The notes under the pieces were generated by a model. That model saw only the letters and a list, made by a program, of their open reading frames with translations, had not been told where the DNA came from and made no database searches. This document shows positions 48,752-62,192 of a stretch of DNA of 64,000 nt, piece by piece. This DNA comes from Malacoraja senta (lineage: Eukaryota): contig CM075996.1 of the NCBI GenBank assembly GCA_038087875.1, forward strand, positions 1,800,001 through 1,864,000. Reading direction: 5' to 3'. Each line of letters opens with the position of its first letter. The stretch's first letter is position 1. The position numbers were made by a program, and so were the translations under genes.

Positions 48752-49112
48752 TAGAGGTAGATGGTAGCTCAGGACCGCTCTCCGGTTGTGGTAGGATGGT
48801 TCAGTTGCCTGATAACAGCTGGGAAGAAACTGTGATTAGTAGCCCCTGGGATCTCTTGGTTTGCTCTCACAGTGGGCGCAAGAGGGTTTAGTTATTGTCC
48901 AGCTATCCATAGGCTCGAACTTAAAACTGGGAACATCAATTCAAATCCAAACTTCAGTAGCTGGGAAATTTAATTTCAATTAATTACATAAATGTCAAAT
49001 AAATAAAAATGTAGTCTGAAGTTTTTTTTACTGGTGGGATGAAACTACTGGAAAGATGTGAAAATGCACCTTGTTCACTTACACCATCGTCTCCTCTCAC
49101 CACCCCTGGTAT
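48752..49112 (-). repeat. Inverted duplicate of 46092-46567, inserted inside an HE1 SINE
   Basis: Reverse complement aligns by eye over about 360 bp of mostly unique sequence. The SINE head is at 48640-48730 and resumes at about 49113. (GTACAGTTTT)x3 sits at the left junction. Confidence 0.9.
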
Positions 49113-51820
49113 CTCCTGGTGACCTGCGTGGGTTTTCTGGTCTTTCTACGGGATCGCTGGTCAGCGCGGACTAAGTGGGCCGGGGGACCTGTTTCCACGC
49201 TGTATCTCCAAACTAAACTAAACCTGGACAAGTACATGGATAGGAAAGGCTTAGAGGGATATGGGCCAAATGCAAGCAAATGGGACTACCATAGATGGGG
49301 GTGTCCTGACCGGCATGGACAAGTTGGGCCGAAGGGCCAGTTTCCGTGCTGTGTGGCTCTATACCTAATTGAAAGGGGGAGTGCAGGGAAATGATAAGGG
49401 ACTGGGTTTAATTGGACTGTTCCTTGATGATGGGCAGAATGGCCAGCCTCTGCACACAAGGCGCTGGATGGGTAGTGAGATGGTGCAATCAACCTCTAAA
49501 GGTCGAAATCAAAAATAAACAATCACAAAATAAATAGCAGAGATTGATGATAGGTGTTAACCAGTGGAGGAGAATACAGTCAACTAATCGAGGCGAGATT
49601 CCAACTCTCCCCATTGTGAATACAGGGGGGTAAAGAATAAAAGGACGTTCCTTTAGAAAGGAGGAGGAATTTCTTTAGCCAGAGGGTGGTGAATCTGTGG
49701 AATTCATTGCCACAGACGGCTGTGGAAGCCAAGTCAATGGATATTTTTAAGGCGGAGATTGACAGATTCTTGATTAGTACGGGTGTCAGGGGTTATGGGG
49801 AGAAGGCATGAGAATGGGATCGAGAGGGAAAGATAGATCAGCCATGATTGAATGGTGGAGTTGACTCGATGGGCCGAATGGCCTAATTATGCTCCTATAA
49901 CTTATGGCGATGAACTAATGAGGAAAGGGTGGGGAGTGGTGGCAAATTATTGGATCAATTACATCTTTATCCAGGGAGTAATTAGATCATGGAGTTTGCT
50001 ATAATTTTGTAGATTTCACAGGATGGAAAAAATCATAGAGGGCTTAGCTTTAAGGGAATGGAGAGATGTGGATTATGTGGAGGCAGGTAAGAGAGTTGGT
50101 CTTGCAATCATGTTCCAAGATTGGCATACAGTAAGATCATAAAAGTAAGTAAGTAAGTAAGTTTATTGGCCAAGTATTCACATACAAGGAATTTGCCTTG
50201 GTGCTCCGCCCACAAGTAACAACATGACATACAGTGACAGTTACGAATGACTCAGAAAACACTAACCATTAATAATAATAAAACATTAATGATAAAACAC
50301 CATCGATCAAGCATGTGAACCAACAAAATACCAGATCAAAGGGGGGCTGCAGATTTTTGGCTGTTGAGTAGAGCAACTACTCGTGGATAAAAACTGTGTT
50401 TATGTCTGGCTGTGGCAGCTTTGACAGTCCGGAGTCGCCTTCCAGAAGGAAGTGATTCAAAGAGTTTGTGGCCAGGGTGAGAGGGGTCAGAGGTGATCTT
50501 GCCCGCTCGGCAAGATCATAAGATCATGTGATAGGAGCAGAATTAGGCCATTCGGCCCATCAAGTCTACTCCGCCATTTAATCATGGCTGATCTATCTCT
50601 CCCTCCTAACCCCATTCCCCTGCCTTCTCCCCATAACCCCCGACACCCGCACTAATCTAGAATCTATCTCTGCCTTAAAAAATATCCACTGACTTGGCGA
50701 AGAATTCCACAGATTCAACAGATTGTGGGCCGAATGGCCTGCCCTTGTGCTGTACTGTTCTATGCTCTATGTTCCGCAACGAGATGGGCGAAGGATGGGT
50801 TGAGGGGGGGGGGGTTAAAGGAAGAGCGATAGCAAGATGAGGGAGTTGATCCAACCAGCCCCGGCGGTCTCGATGTTAGGGAACGGACCAAGTTTACGCA
50901 GGAGGTCCCCTTACTTAATGGTATCTTGCTTCTCCGAGCGTGGACCGTTTGCACAAGAATTCATTCGCTGCCTTCCATATCTGGTCCGGCAACGGTTGGA
51001 CATTAATAGGTGGTTTGCTTAGCACCAAACCAAGCCAGCCTGTAAAACAAGGTCCAGTTGAAAATATATTTTCCAAGTGAGACCGTGACAGGGAAGGGAG
51101 ATAAAGGATTGGCGGCGGTTTAAGTGCAACTGTTGTGGACTGTAACCGTGCACCACCGACTCGATCCATTGCACGATCGAAATCGATATGGAGACATCTT
51201 CTGCCCGACCCATGGACAACCGACTCTCTGGTACGACCCGGTCACAACTTTGAATTGACCTGGTTGAGAAGTTGGACTAGCTATTTATTTTCTTTTTAAT
51301 TCCCAGGATTCTCACTAATTTGTATATATTTTATTCCCAGTCCTTTAAAAAATAACTTTCTTCAGCCCCTTCGTTCACAATGGGGATAGCTGAGAGGATG
51401 CCCCCAATATGTTGGCTGTGTGTGTGTGTGTGTGTGTGTGTGTTTGTGCATTGGAAAGCACTTGCGGACACTGATTGCTCTACATTGCGCCGTTGAACGA
51501 AATTTCGTTGCGGCCCTGCGGAAGAGGGCAAGGGGCGAGAGGACAGGTGTGCCCACCTGGCCAGAAGTCAGGCCTATGGCCACCTGGTCCCACAACACAC
51601 CCACACACCTGTGACAACCGTGCCGCCTCGCCTCGCGCCGGAACCACTCCACACACCTTTAACACACTTGCCATCCTGAACTCCACCTGATGTGTCTATC
51701 CCCTCGCTCTCTTTCCACAAAGAGGGTGGTGGGTGCATGGAACAAGCTGTCAGAGGAGGTAGTTGAGGCTGGGACTATCCCAGCGTTCAAAAGAAGCAGT
51801 TGGACAGGTACATGGGTAGG

Positions 51821-52025
51821 TACACAAAAAATGCTGGAGAAACTCAGCGGGTGCAGCAGCATCTATGGAGCGAAGGAAATAGGCAACGTTTCGGGCTGAA
51901 ACCCCCCCATCAGTCTGAAGACGTTGCCTATTTCCTTCGCTCCATAGATGCTGCTGCACCCGCTGTGTTTCTCCAGCATTTTTGTCTACCTTCGATTTTC
52001 CAGCATCTGCAGTTCCTTCTTAAAC
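51821..52025. mobile_element. Fold-back (head-to-head) Penelope-derived mini-element with 17-bp TSD, nested in a CR1 3' tail
   Basis: TSD ACAGGTACATGGGTAGG at 51804-51820 and 52026-52042. Two inverted arms of the PLE terminal repeat. Confidence 0.85.
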
Positions 52026-53873
52026 ACAGGTACATGGGTAGGACAGGTTTGGAGGGATATGGACCAAACGCGGGCAGGTGGGACTAGCGTAGCTGGGACA
52101 TGTTGGCCGGTGTGGGCGCGTTGGGCCGAAGGGCCTGTTTCCATGCTGTATCACTCTATGCCAACTTTCCTCGTCGCACGCAATTCCGCGAAACACTGCG
52201 TGCCAAGTGACATTTCCACGTCTTATACAACTCCGGTAAAATGTCAGAAATTGGATGTCATTGTTCAGTTCAGTCTAGTTTATTGTCACATGTACCGAGG
52301 TATGGTGAAAAGCCTTTTGTCGCATGCTAACCAGTCAGCGGAAAGACAATACATGATTACAATCGAGCCATTTACAGTGTACAGATACACGATAAGGGAA
52401 TAACGTTTAGTGCAAGGTGAAGCCAGCAAAGTCCGGTCAAGGATAGTCCGAGGGTCACCAATGAGGTAGATAGTAGTTCAGGCCATTCTTTATGTTGCTT
52501 CTTCACCCAGAGAGTGGTGAGTCTGTGGAATTCTCTGCCTCAGAGGGCGGTGGAGGCAGGTTCTCTGGATGCTTCACAAGAGAGAGCTTGATAGGGCTCT
52601 TAAAGATAGCGGAGTCATGGGATATGGGGAGAAGGCAGGAACGGGGTACTGATTGGGGATGATCAGCCATGATCACAGTGAATGGCGGTGCTGGCTCGAA
52701 GGGCCGAATGGCCTACTCCTGCACCTATTGTCTATTGACTATAAATGTGGTTTTAAATAATGTGTTGTATGTGAGGGCTATCGAACTAATTGTCCATTCT
52801 CTGTTCAATTGCTATTTTGGTGGTTGCGGGGCGAGGGACAGAGGGTTTAACAACGTGAGTTACATCGTTCGGTATTTAATCGCTGATATAAACATATGAT
52901 AAAAAGTCATATTGTGGGTGACGGGGGCCAGTGTGTGGATCACCTTTATCTGCAGCAGCCACGGGACGAGCCAGGAGATATGTGAACGCTCCCGCCCAAC
53001 AGCCGCTTTCGACGGTGGACTACTTTGGAAGACACACACATACACACTCACACTCACACACACTCACACACACACACACACAAACTCCTTGGGTGCAAGT
53101 GTGTAAAATTAGCGCGGAGCTGGGAACGTGGCGACGAGGTATGTCGACCAGGAAATGCTCGTGAAATCTCCTGAAATCCGATGCTTGCCAACAAATTATA
53201 TGGATGCAGACAAGTTAGTGTTTTTCTTGCACTTGTGCGCACGACGGGTGTTACACGTCTTACACGTTTCTGGCACTATTAGCACAGTGACACACCCAAC
53301 AATACATGACACTAACGCACGCACACAAGGGAACACACTTGCATTCAAACATAGTCAGACATAAACACCAGCAACGTGTTGCACTAACACACCTGTTCAC
53401 TATTGTTCACAAGCATATATATGTTGTCACACACACGGTGGTAAACACAACCAGCTACTAATAAAACGTGACCGATATAGGTACAAACCTGTGTACGTTA
53501 GTGCAGTGATTCACACTCACACACGCGTGTACACACTCGTGCGTTTCAGCGCACCAGCAACTCGACCAGAAACACACTCACCGTGTAATCAGATGCACGA
53601 GTGTAAACAGACACTGACACTAGTTCAAAATCAAACAGGTGAATGTTCACCATCAGACACAACTGTGTTGTGTGACGGGCGGGGAAACACAATCGAGACA
53701 CGAGCACACTAAAGCTCACAGCTGTACACGATGAGAGAGAGACGGAGAGAGACGGAGAGAGACGGAGAGAGACGGAGAGAGACGGAGAGAGACGGAGAGA
53801 GACAGAGAGAGACAGAGAGAGACAGAGAGAGACAGAGAGAGACAGAGAGAGAGCAAGAGAGACAGAGAGAGAC

Positions 53874-54023
<150 letters not shown>

Positions 54024-56109
54024 TGAATGCAGGGACATTAACACGCGGGATTCACCCACAAGCGCCAAACTGAGATCTCAACCATTTACTATCCATGCAA
54101 CTGAGCCTCACATCAGTTTGAACACACACACCAGTAGCGCACAAACATCCCAATGCAAAGTGCAACCCACTAACACGCTCACACTGTCTCTCACACACTC
54201 GACCGGCGCAGAGGTAACTCGTTATTCGTCGAAAACAAGTTGCCTCGTCCGCTTTTGCTTCTGCACACAATTTCTCAGTTTGTCAATGGGGGAAATAGCC
54301 CACGCCATTTTATACACTTCTCATCTACATCAATCTTCCCCTGAAAGCCGTGAGATATAAGGGGTGAGACAGGTTGGCAGATGGAGAGAGAAGAGAGAGA
54401 GAGAGGGGGGGGGAGAGAGAGGAGGGGGAGAGAGAGGGAGGGGAGAGAGAGAGAGGAGAGAGAGAGAGGGAGAGGGAGAGGGGGGGGGAGGGAGGGAGAG
54501 AGAGAGGAGGGAGGGAGAGAGGAGAGGGGAGAGGGGGAGGGAGGAAGAGATGAGGAGAGAGCGGGGAGGGGAGAGAAGAGAGAGAGAGAGGGAGAGAGAG
54601 AGGAGAGAGAGGGAGGAGGGAGAGAGGGAGAGAGGGGGAGGAGGGGAGAGGGGGAGAGAGAGGGTAAGACAGAGAGGAGAGGGAGAACACAGAATGCCAG
54701 ACACAGAGTGCTGGTCAGGGAGACAGAGAGAGAGAGAGAGAGGGGAGACAGAGACAGACAGACAGACAGACACATACGGGAGAGACGGGGACAGAGACAG
54801 AGAGAGACAGGAGCGACAGGAGAGACAGGGAGAGAGAGCGAGAACGATGGGCAGATATGGAGACAGAGATTGAGAGACAGGGAGAGAGACAGAGGGGGAA
54901 GTAGATAGATAAAAGGCCGAGTGAGATGAACATAGGCCTCTCTCTGATCCATTATATAAATGAACACGTAGTTCCCAAGCTGAGAAAATTTAAAAAGATG
55001 TATGTTTGGCTTTGACTAAGAAGTAACATGATATTCATTCCTGTAGGGCCTATTGACAATCAGATTTTAAGTTAATACAGAGGTGTGTAGTCGCGGCCTT
55101 TATCGTTGGAGATGTGGTGGGAATGTTGGCTGTAAATTGTCCCCCAGGTTATGGGGTACCTTCCAACTCATTTGGCGACCAGAAAGTGGGGAGTGAATGG
55201 TTGGGTGTGCGTTGCGCCTGTGCCTCAAGTAGCAACGTTGCGCTGGTCCAATCTTCGACATGGATGGTGAAGAAATCACTGGCACTCGCTCTCACAATAA
55301 AACCACCTCTGCTTTCAAAAAAAAAAAAACGAAAGGTTGATTTAGGAAAAGGTCTGGGATTTCATCTGGCTGTTCGGTGTAAAATGGATCAAATTGTTTT
55401 TTTGTTATTTTTAAACAACACATTTCGAGAGAGTATTGGGGGTTTCCATAGGGTCGGTCTGCGCTCTGACGCAGCCAGACAGTCAGGTTAATTTTCACCC
55501 ACTGTTGGAGAATTAAATGCAACATGGCTCAGACTGCCGGAAAATCTTGGAAACAAAATGTATAATGGTTTAAATGTCAGTTTTTTTCCTCCTTTTAATT
55601 AGTCCCCTGGCTTAATGATTTTTTTTTTTTGTAAACTCTTACTATAAAACTGGGCAAAGATTATTTTTGCCACTCCGAGCGCAGGCGGTAAACAGAAAGG
55701 TGATATTGCCTGTGATGCAACAAAGGGCTACAGTGTGTAAGTGACAGCACGGGTAAACGTGTAAGTGTCAATGCAAGTTACAGAAAACACTAAAGTGCAT
55801 GTTACGCTGCGTGTTGGGAACGGGCGCATTAAGACGTGCGTTAGTGTGTGAATGGAAAGATTCCGTTAACATTGCGTGTGTGTATGTGTGCGGTGAAATG
55901 AGGGTGTAGCAGACTGCGTGTGGCGTTGAGTAATCTGCCAGAGTAGACTGCGTGTGCGTTGAGTAATCTGCCAGAGTTAAATGATGTGCGAGTCTGTGTG
56001 CGTTAAATGATCTGCGGGCGAGGGTGTGTGTGTGCCAAAATATTGGTGTGTGCGTGTGCGCTAGCTTGTGGTGGGACTTGTGCTCTTGAAGATGTACATG
56101 TTTGTGTGC

Positions 56110-56156
<47 letters not shown>

Positions 56157-56747
56157 TGTCTGTCTGTGTGCGTGAGACTGTGTGTGTGTGTGTGTGTGTC
56201 TCTGTCTGTCTGTGCGTGAGACTGTGTGTGCTTGTGTGTGTGTGTGTGTGTGTGTGTGTCTGTCTGTGTGCGTGAGACTGTGTGTGTGTGTCTCTGTCTG
56301 TCTGTGCGTGAGACTGTGTGTGCTTGTGTGTGTGTCTCTGTGTGTGCTTGTGTGTGTGTCTCTGTCTGTGTCTGCGCGTGAGACTGTGTGTGCTTGTGTG
56401 TGTGTGCTTGTGTGTGTGTGTGTGTGCTTGTGTGTGTGTGTGCTTGTGTGTGTGTGTGTGTGTGTGCTTGTGTGTGTGTGTGTGTGTGTGTGTGCTTGTG
56501 TGTGTGTGTCTCTCTGTCTGTGCCTGTGCGTGAGATTCTGTGTGTGTGTGTGTGCGTGTGTCTCTGTCTGTGCGTGAGACTGTGTGAGCTTGTGTGTGTG
56601 TGCTTGTGTGTGTATGTGTGTGTGCTTGTCAGTGTATGTGTATGTGCGTGTGTGTGCGTGTGTGTGTGTGTGTATGTGCGTGCGTCTGTGTGTATGTGCG
56701 TGTGTGTGTGTGTGCGTGTGTGTGTGTATGTGTGCTTGTCAGTGTGT

Positions 56748-56829
<82 letters not shown>

Positions 56830-57200
56830 TTGAGTGGAATGGTGCAAGTTGGGCTGTGCCAAGCAACCAAACAGAGTGTTGGGCAATGTTCGCCTCTTTG
56901 CACACTTGACTAAAATGGATCACATTAGTACCCTAATGATCACCCTTCTATATCCCCGCACCCTGCTGAATGGTTGATTTGCAGCATTTGCCGCCTTTGA
57001 TTACTGTTTTGCTGCTGTTTGGTTTGGTGAGGCTGGTGTTGGCTCTGTGGGAGCGCACTGCCAGCCGCCCGCAAGTCTCTGGCCTTGGTCGCTCTAAACT
57101 GCAGTTCGCAGCTTGGAAGGGAAACGGGGGCTTTAACCTGGAACTTGGTGGTGACATTGATTGTGGAGTTTGTTTTAAAAAGGATGATGTCCTAGTGTTT

Positions 57201-57322
57201 TGGGGGTCGGGGTCGGGAGGGGTGGGTGGAGTGGGGTGGGGTGGAGTGGGGTGGGGTGGAGTGGGGTGGGGGGGTGGGGTGGGGAGGGGTGGGGTGGGGT
57301 GGGGTGGGGTGGGGTGGGGTGT
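57201..57322 (+). repeat. (GGGGT)n G-rich repeat, G-quadruplex-forming potential
   Basis: More than 15 G-runs of 3-7 nt separated by 1-3 nt. Confidence 0.85.
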
Positions 57323-58889
57323 GACTACCTCGCCATCCTCACCCCAGAAGCCAACGTCAATCCCTGCCCCCATAGCACAGAGTGCTGGAGTAACCAAGCA
57401 CTTTGCAACCCAAGTCCAATTTACAGCCAGTGGAACTACTTCGCCGAGCCTCAGCCGGTCGGACAGCATCTGTGGAGGCGACGTTTCAGATCGGGAACCT
57501 TCTTCAGACATCAACCTTCGCCAGCATTGACTCATTCTAGACAAGGCTGAGATTGAAGTTGGCTTTAACTAGGACGTGTGATCTTATTTGGGAGTGAAGT
57601 GGTGATTGGGACTAGGGGGGGTGGTGGCTGCACAAAAGCCACGCGTCCAGTTTCTCCCCCAACCTCATCTCTCCACCCATCGCCTCGCCTCCCTCCCCAT
57701 CTCAAAGCTACATCTCCAGTGCAACCCCCTGGATCATCTGGTGGAGTTTGGTTGCTGGAGCCACGGAGGAGAGGGTGGATGGTTTTGGATGCTCCAGCGT
57801 TGTCAGTGACCACCCTCAAACGCTTTTTGTGGTAAGGGCTTCCCGACCAGGTATTGGGAGACACAGAAAGCCCAGACCGCAAAAAGATCCGAGGGGGACT
57901 TGTCTTCTGTCTTCGTGGCCTTGCGGGTGGCGGTGATCCCTGCATCCATCCTCACTCAGCCTTCGCCGCTCTCGGCTTCAAGGGACCTTTCTCCCATCGC
58001 CGAGGACTTTCCTCGGGCTCCTTAATCTCTGCCGCTCGGTAAAGAAGTGCGCCGTGAGTCCCCCGTCACACCATACCCCATCCCCATTGCCCACGGTGGG
58101 GCCAGCGCAGCTAGCTAGACCATTCTCCCTTGCTCTCGCATTCGACTTCATTCCCCCCCCTCCCCTCTCTCTGTCTCTTCCCCGGCTCCCTCCCCGCCGC
58201 TGCTCCTCTCCCTCTCGCAGTCTGGTGAATCTGCGTAAAAAAAGCTTCTAACCTTCAACCTGAATCAGTTCATTAAATAGCCGTGCGTGCGCATGTGCAA
58301 AGCGTCAAGGCACGTTGTTCTTAACCTATCGCGTCCGCTCCTTGTAAAAGGCTCAGCCTCTTCAAGACACCCTTTGCGAGCCGGGCTTCAGAAACTGTCC
58401 CCCCCCCGCCCCCCTCCCTGCCTACCCACAGCCTTGACAAGCCACCTACCCGCGCCAACCTTCCATCCCCAACCCTTTGGCAAAGATGAACCCACCCTCG
58501 CACACCTTGCCAACCAGCACAGCCTCCAACGTGGGTCACAAGATCCACGCCCATCTACCAAAGGGTTTCGACACCACCCACCCCACCCCCCCCCCCCAAT
58601 GGCACAGCCGACACCACCGCTTTCCAATCCCCATCCATTCCTCACCCTCCCACACGTTCACCTCCCGCAACCCATCGGACATTGGCTTCCCCCCCCCCCA
58701 AACGCCTCTCTCCAATCTCATCTTCCACACAATCTCCCACAAGCCATTCGACCCCGCGCTTCTGCAAACCCGCCGCAGTCCTCTCCTTGGTACCACCCAG
58801 CCAAGAACCATTTGCTCACCGTCCTCCCTCTCCCTCTCCCTCTCCCTCTCCCTCTCTAGCTCATGGGTTTACACACTCGCCCCCCCCCA

Positions 58890-58971
<82 letters not shown>

Positions 58972-58972
58972 T

Positions 58973-59055
<83 letters not shown>

Positions 59056-60178
59056 CGGTGCCTTCAGTTCTGGACACCAAGCTCGAGGCTCGGGACTTTC
59101 CGAAAAACAAATGTAAAATGGTTGCAGGGCTTCAGTTACGTAAAGTGGTTAGACAGGAGAAGGTGACATCTTCCTTCTTAAAGGAAGTTAAGGGAGAATT
59201 ATTTGAGGATTTCGACATTATGAAGCATTTTAACTCTTGTCAAACGGGTTCTAATGGCGAGCAGATTGGGAGCCATGTAATTGCGAAATGAACCAAATGG
59301 AAGAAAAATAGAGTTCTTTTCTGCCCCCCTGCCAGTTGTGATCTGGCAGAATGTTCCTGGAAACATATTTCATGGAAGAATTGGACAAATGCTTTACTGG
59401 AGAAGGGAATGTTTTCGGGGTTGAAAGCAAGATGTTGACCTGATTGGGTAGTACGGAGATGATAAGATAGGGCCGAGTGGTCTCTTTGTGAAGACTTTAC
59501 CACGGTTAATTTGCTGCAGTGAGGTATATTTCCCTTCGCTAGACTAACATTGTAGCGTCGTAGAGTCGTACAGAAGGGAAACAGGCCGACAAAAATGCCT
59601 CGTCTAGGCTAGTCCCATTTTCCCGCGTTTGGCCCGTATCCCTTCAAACATTTTCCATCCATGTACCCGTTCAAATGTCTTTTAAATATTGTTATATTGC
59701 CTACCTCACATATCTCAGCTTATTCCACACACCCACCACCTTCTGTGTGAAAAGATTGTCCCTCAGGTTCCTATTAAATCTTTCCCCTCTCACCTTAAAC
59801 CTACGTCCCCTGGTTCTTGATTCAGTACTCTGGGTACAAGAGTCTGTGCGTTTACCCTACCTCCTCCCCTCATTGGTTTTTACAGCTCTATAAGATCACC
59901 CCTCATCCTCGTTCAAAGCGGTCTTCGGTCAGGTTACCTTGCTTACTAAATATTGAGATGTTTACACGTCCCTTGGCTCCGACTGTAACAAACACACACA
60001 CACACACACACACACACATAGTATTTCTCTTTCCTTCGCCCACTCACTTTTTTCACACAGAGAGACACACAAACATACAAACACACACGCATGTACATAC
60101 ACACACCCGTGCACATACACAAACACACACACAGTCACACACACACCGAAACACCTATATACACACACACCGAAACAC

Positions 60179-60219
<41 letters not shown>

Positions 60220-60229
60220 TACATACACA

Positions 60230-60270
<41 letters not shown>

Positions 60271-61642
60271 CCTGTACACCTATACACACGGGCACACACA
60301 TACACACACAGAAGTAGTGCATTATCAAGTTACCCTGTGATATATCGCATGTTTATGATATGGTGCGTTTGTCATAAACAGGTACAGGATCTATTTGTGG
60401 AAGAAGGAACTGCAGATGCTGGTTTAAACCGAAGATAGGCACAAAAGAAGAAGGGTCTCGACCCGAAACGTCACCCATTCCTTCTCTCCAGAGATGCTGC
60501 CTGTCCCGCTGAGATACTCCAGCATTTTGTGTCTATCTTCAGGATCCGTTTGTGTCAGGTAACACTCTCCGCAACGTCTGTTTGTTAAAACATCTACTTA
60601 TCTCCTGCCTTTCTATCTAGCCTCAGAGGTTAAATGTAACCAAGGGGCGGCCGATGTACATCATGTCTAATGGAGACACGACACACTGCGGAGACTGAAA
60701 TCTGGAGCAAAAACACTCAAAGTGCTGGAGAAACCCAGTGGGTCGGTCAGCGTCTGTGGAGGGAATGGACAAACAATGATTCGGGTCGAGATCCATTTTC
60801 ATACTCCAGTCCGAAGAAGGGGTTCGGCCCGAAACGTTACCTATTTCCTTCGCTCCATAGATGCTGCTGCACCCGCTGAGTTTCTCCAGCATTTTTGTCT
60901 ACCTTCCATTTTCATACTAATTGGCGAGGCTGCATTTGGAGTATTCTGTTGAGTTTTGCTCACCCTGTTAAGGGAAAGATGTTTGTTCATCTGGAAAGGG
61001 TGATGAGAATATTTACGTGAATGTTGCCAGGACTCGATGGCGTGAGCTATCATGGCAGGCTTTTTAAGACTTTATTCCTTGGATCGCAGGAGGACGGGTG
61101 ATCTTATAGAAGTGTATATGATCATGAGCGTGGAAATGGGTGAACGCACAGAATATTTTACCCAGAGAAGAGGATTCGTTAACCAGAGGACGTGTGAGGG
61201 GAAAGATTTAATAGGAAACATTTAATTTTACACAAAGGTGTGGTGGGTAAATGGAATGAGCTGCCAGTGGAGGTATTTGAGGCAGGGACTCTCACATTTG
61301 GATAAGTACATGGATGGGTTAGGTTTAGAGGGATATGGGCCAAACGCAGATATGTGGGGCTAGTGCAGATGGGACACGTTGGTCGGTTTGGGTAAGTTGG
61401 GGTGAAGGGCCTGTTCCATTGTTGTATGGCTGCATGACTCTATGACTCAGTCAGACTGACCCGCAGGGCTCACCGCAGCAACTTGTGCTTTCCACACCAC
61501 GTTTACATTGTACCTTCTCCAGACACCAGCTTCAGCAGATGTGCGCCTTGACTTCACATCTGGAGGAGATGGTGGACCTCCTCGAATCAGATGCGCTGCC
61601 ACCAGACCCTTGGTCCACGTGGTCTCGGGATGAGGACGCCTT

Positions 61643-62192
61643 GCGTACAGTTTTGGTCTCCAAATCTGAGGAAGGACATTATTGCCATAGAGGGAGTGCA
61701 GAGAAGGTTCACCAGACTGATTCCTGGGATGTCAGGACTGTCTTATGAAGAAAGACTGGATAGACTTGGTTTATACTCTCTAGAATTTAGGAGGTTGAGA
61801 GGGGATCTTATAGAAACTTACAAAATTCTTAAGGGGTTGGACAGGCTAGATGCAGGAAGATTGCTCCCGATGTTGGGGAAGTCAGGACAAGGGGTCACAG
61901 GTTAAGGATAAGGGGAAATCCTTTAAAACCGAGATGAGAAGAACTTTTTTCACACAGAGAGTGGTGAATCTCTGGAACTCTCTGCCACAGAGGGTAGTCG
62001 AGGCCAGTTCATTGGCTATATTAAGAGGGAGCTAGATGTGGCCCTTGTGGCTAAAGGGATCAGAGGGTATGGAGAGAAGGCAGGTACGGATACTGAGTTG
62101 GATGATCAGCCATGATCATATTGAATGGCGGTGCAGGCTCGAAGGCCGAATGGCCTACTCCTGCACCTAATTTCTATGTGTTCTATGTCTAT
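61643..62192 (+). mobile_element. CR1/HER1 3' fragment
   Basis: [29 protein letters not shown]...[10 protein letters not shown] with frameshifts and 3' UTR. Confidence 0.9.

Noticed and set aside
55911..55977. 33-34-bp direct tandem duplication
   Set aside because: Ordinary local slippage; no further structure.
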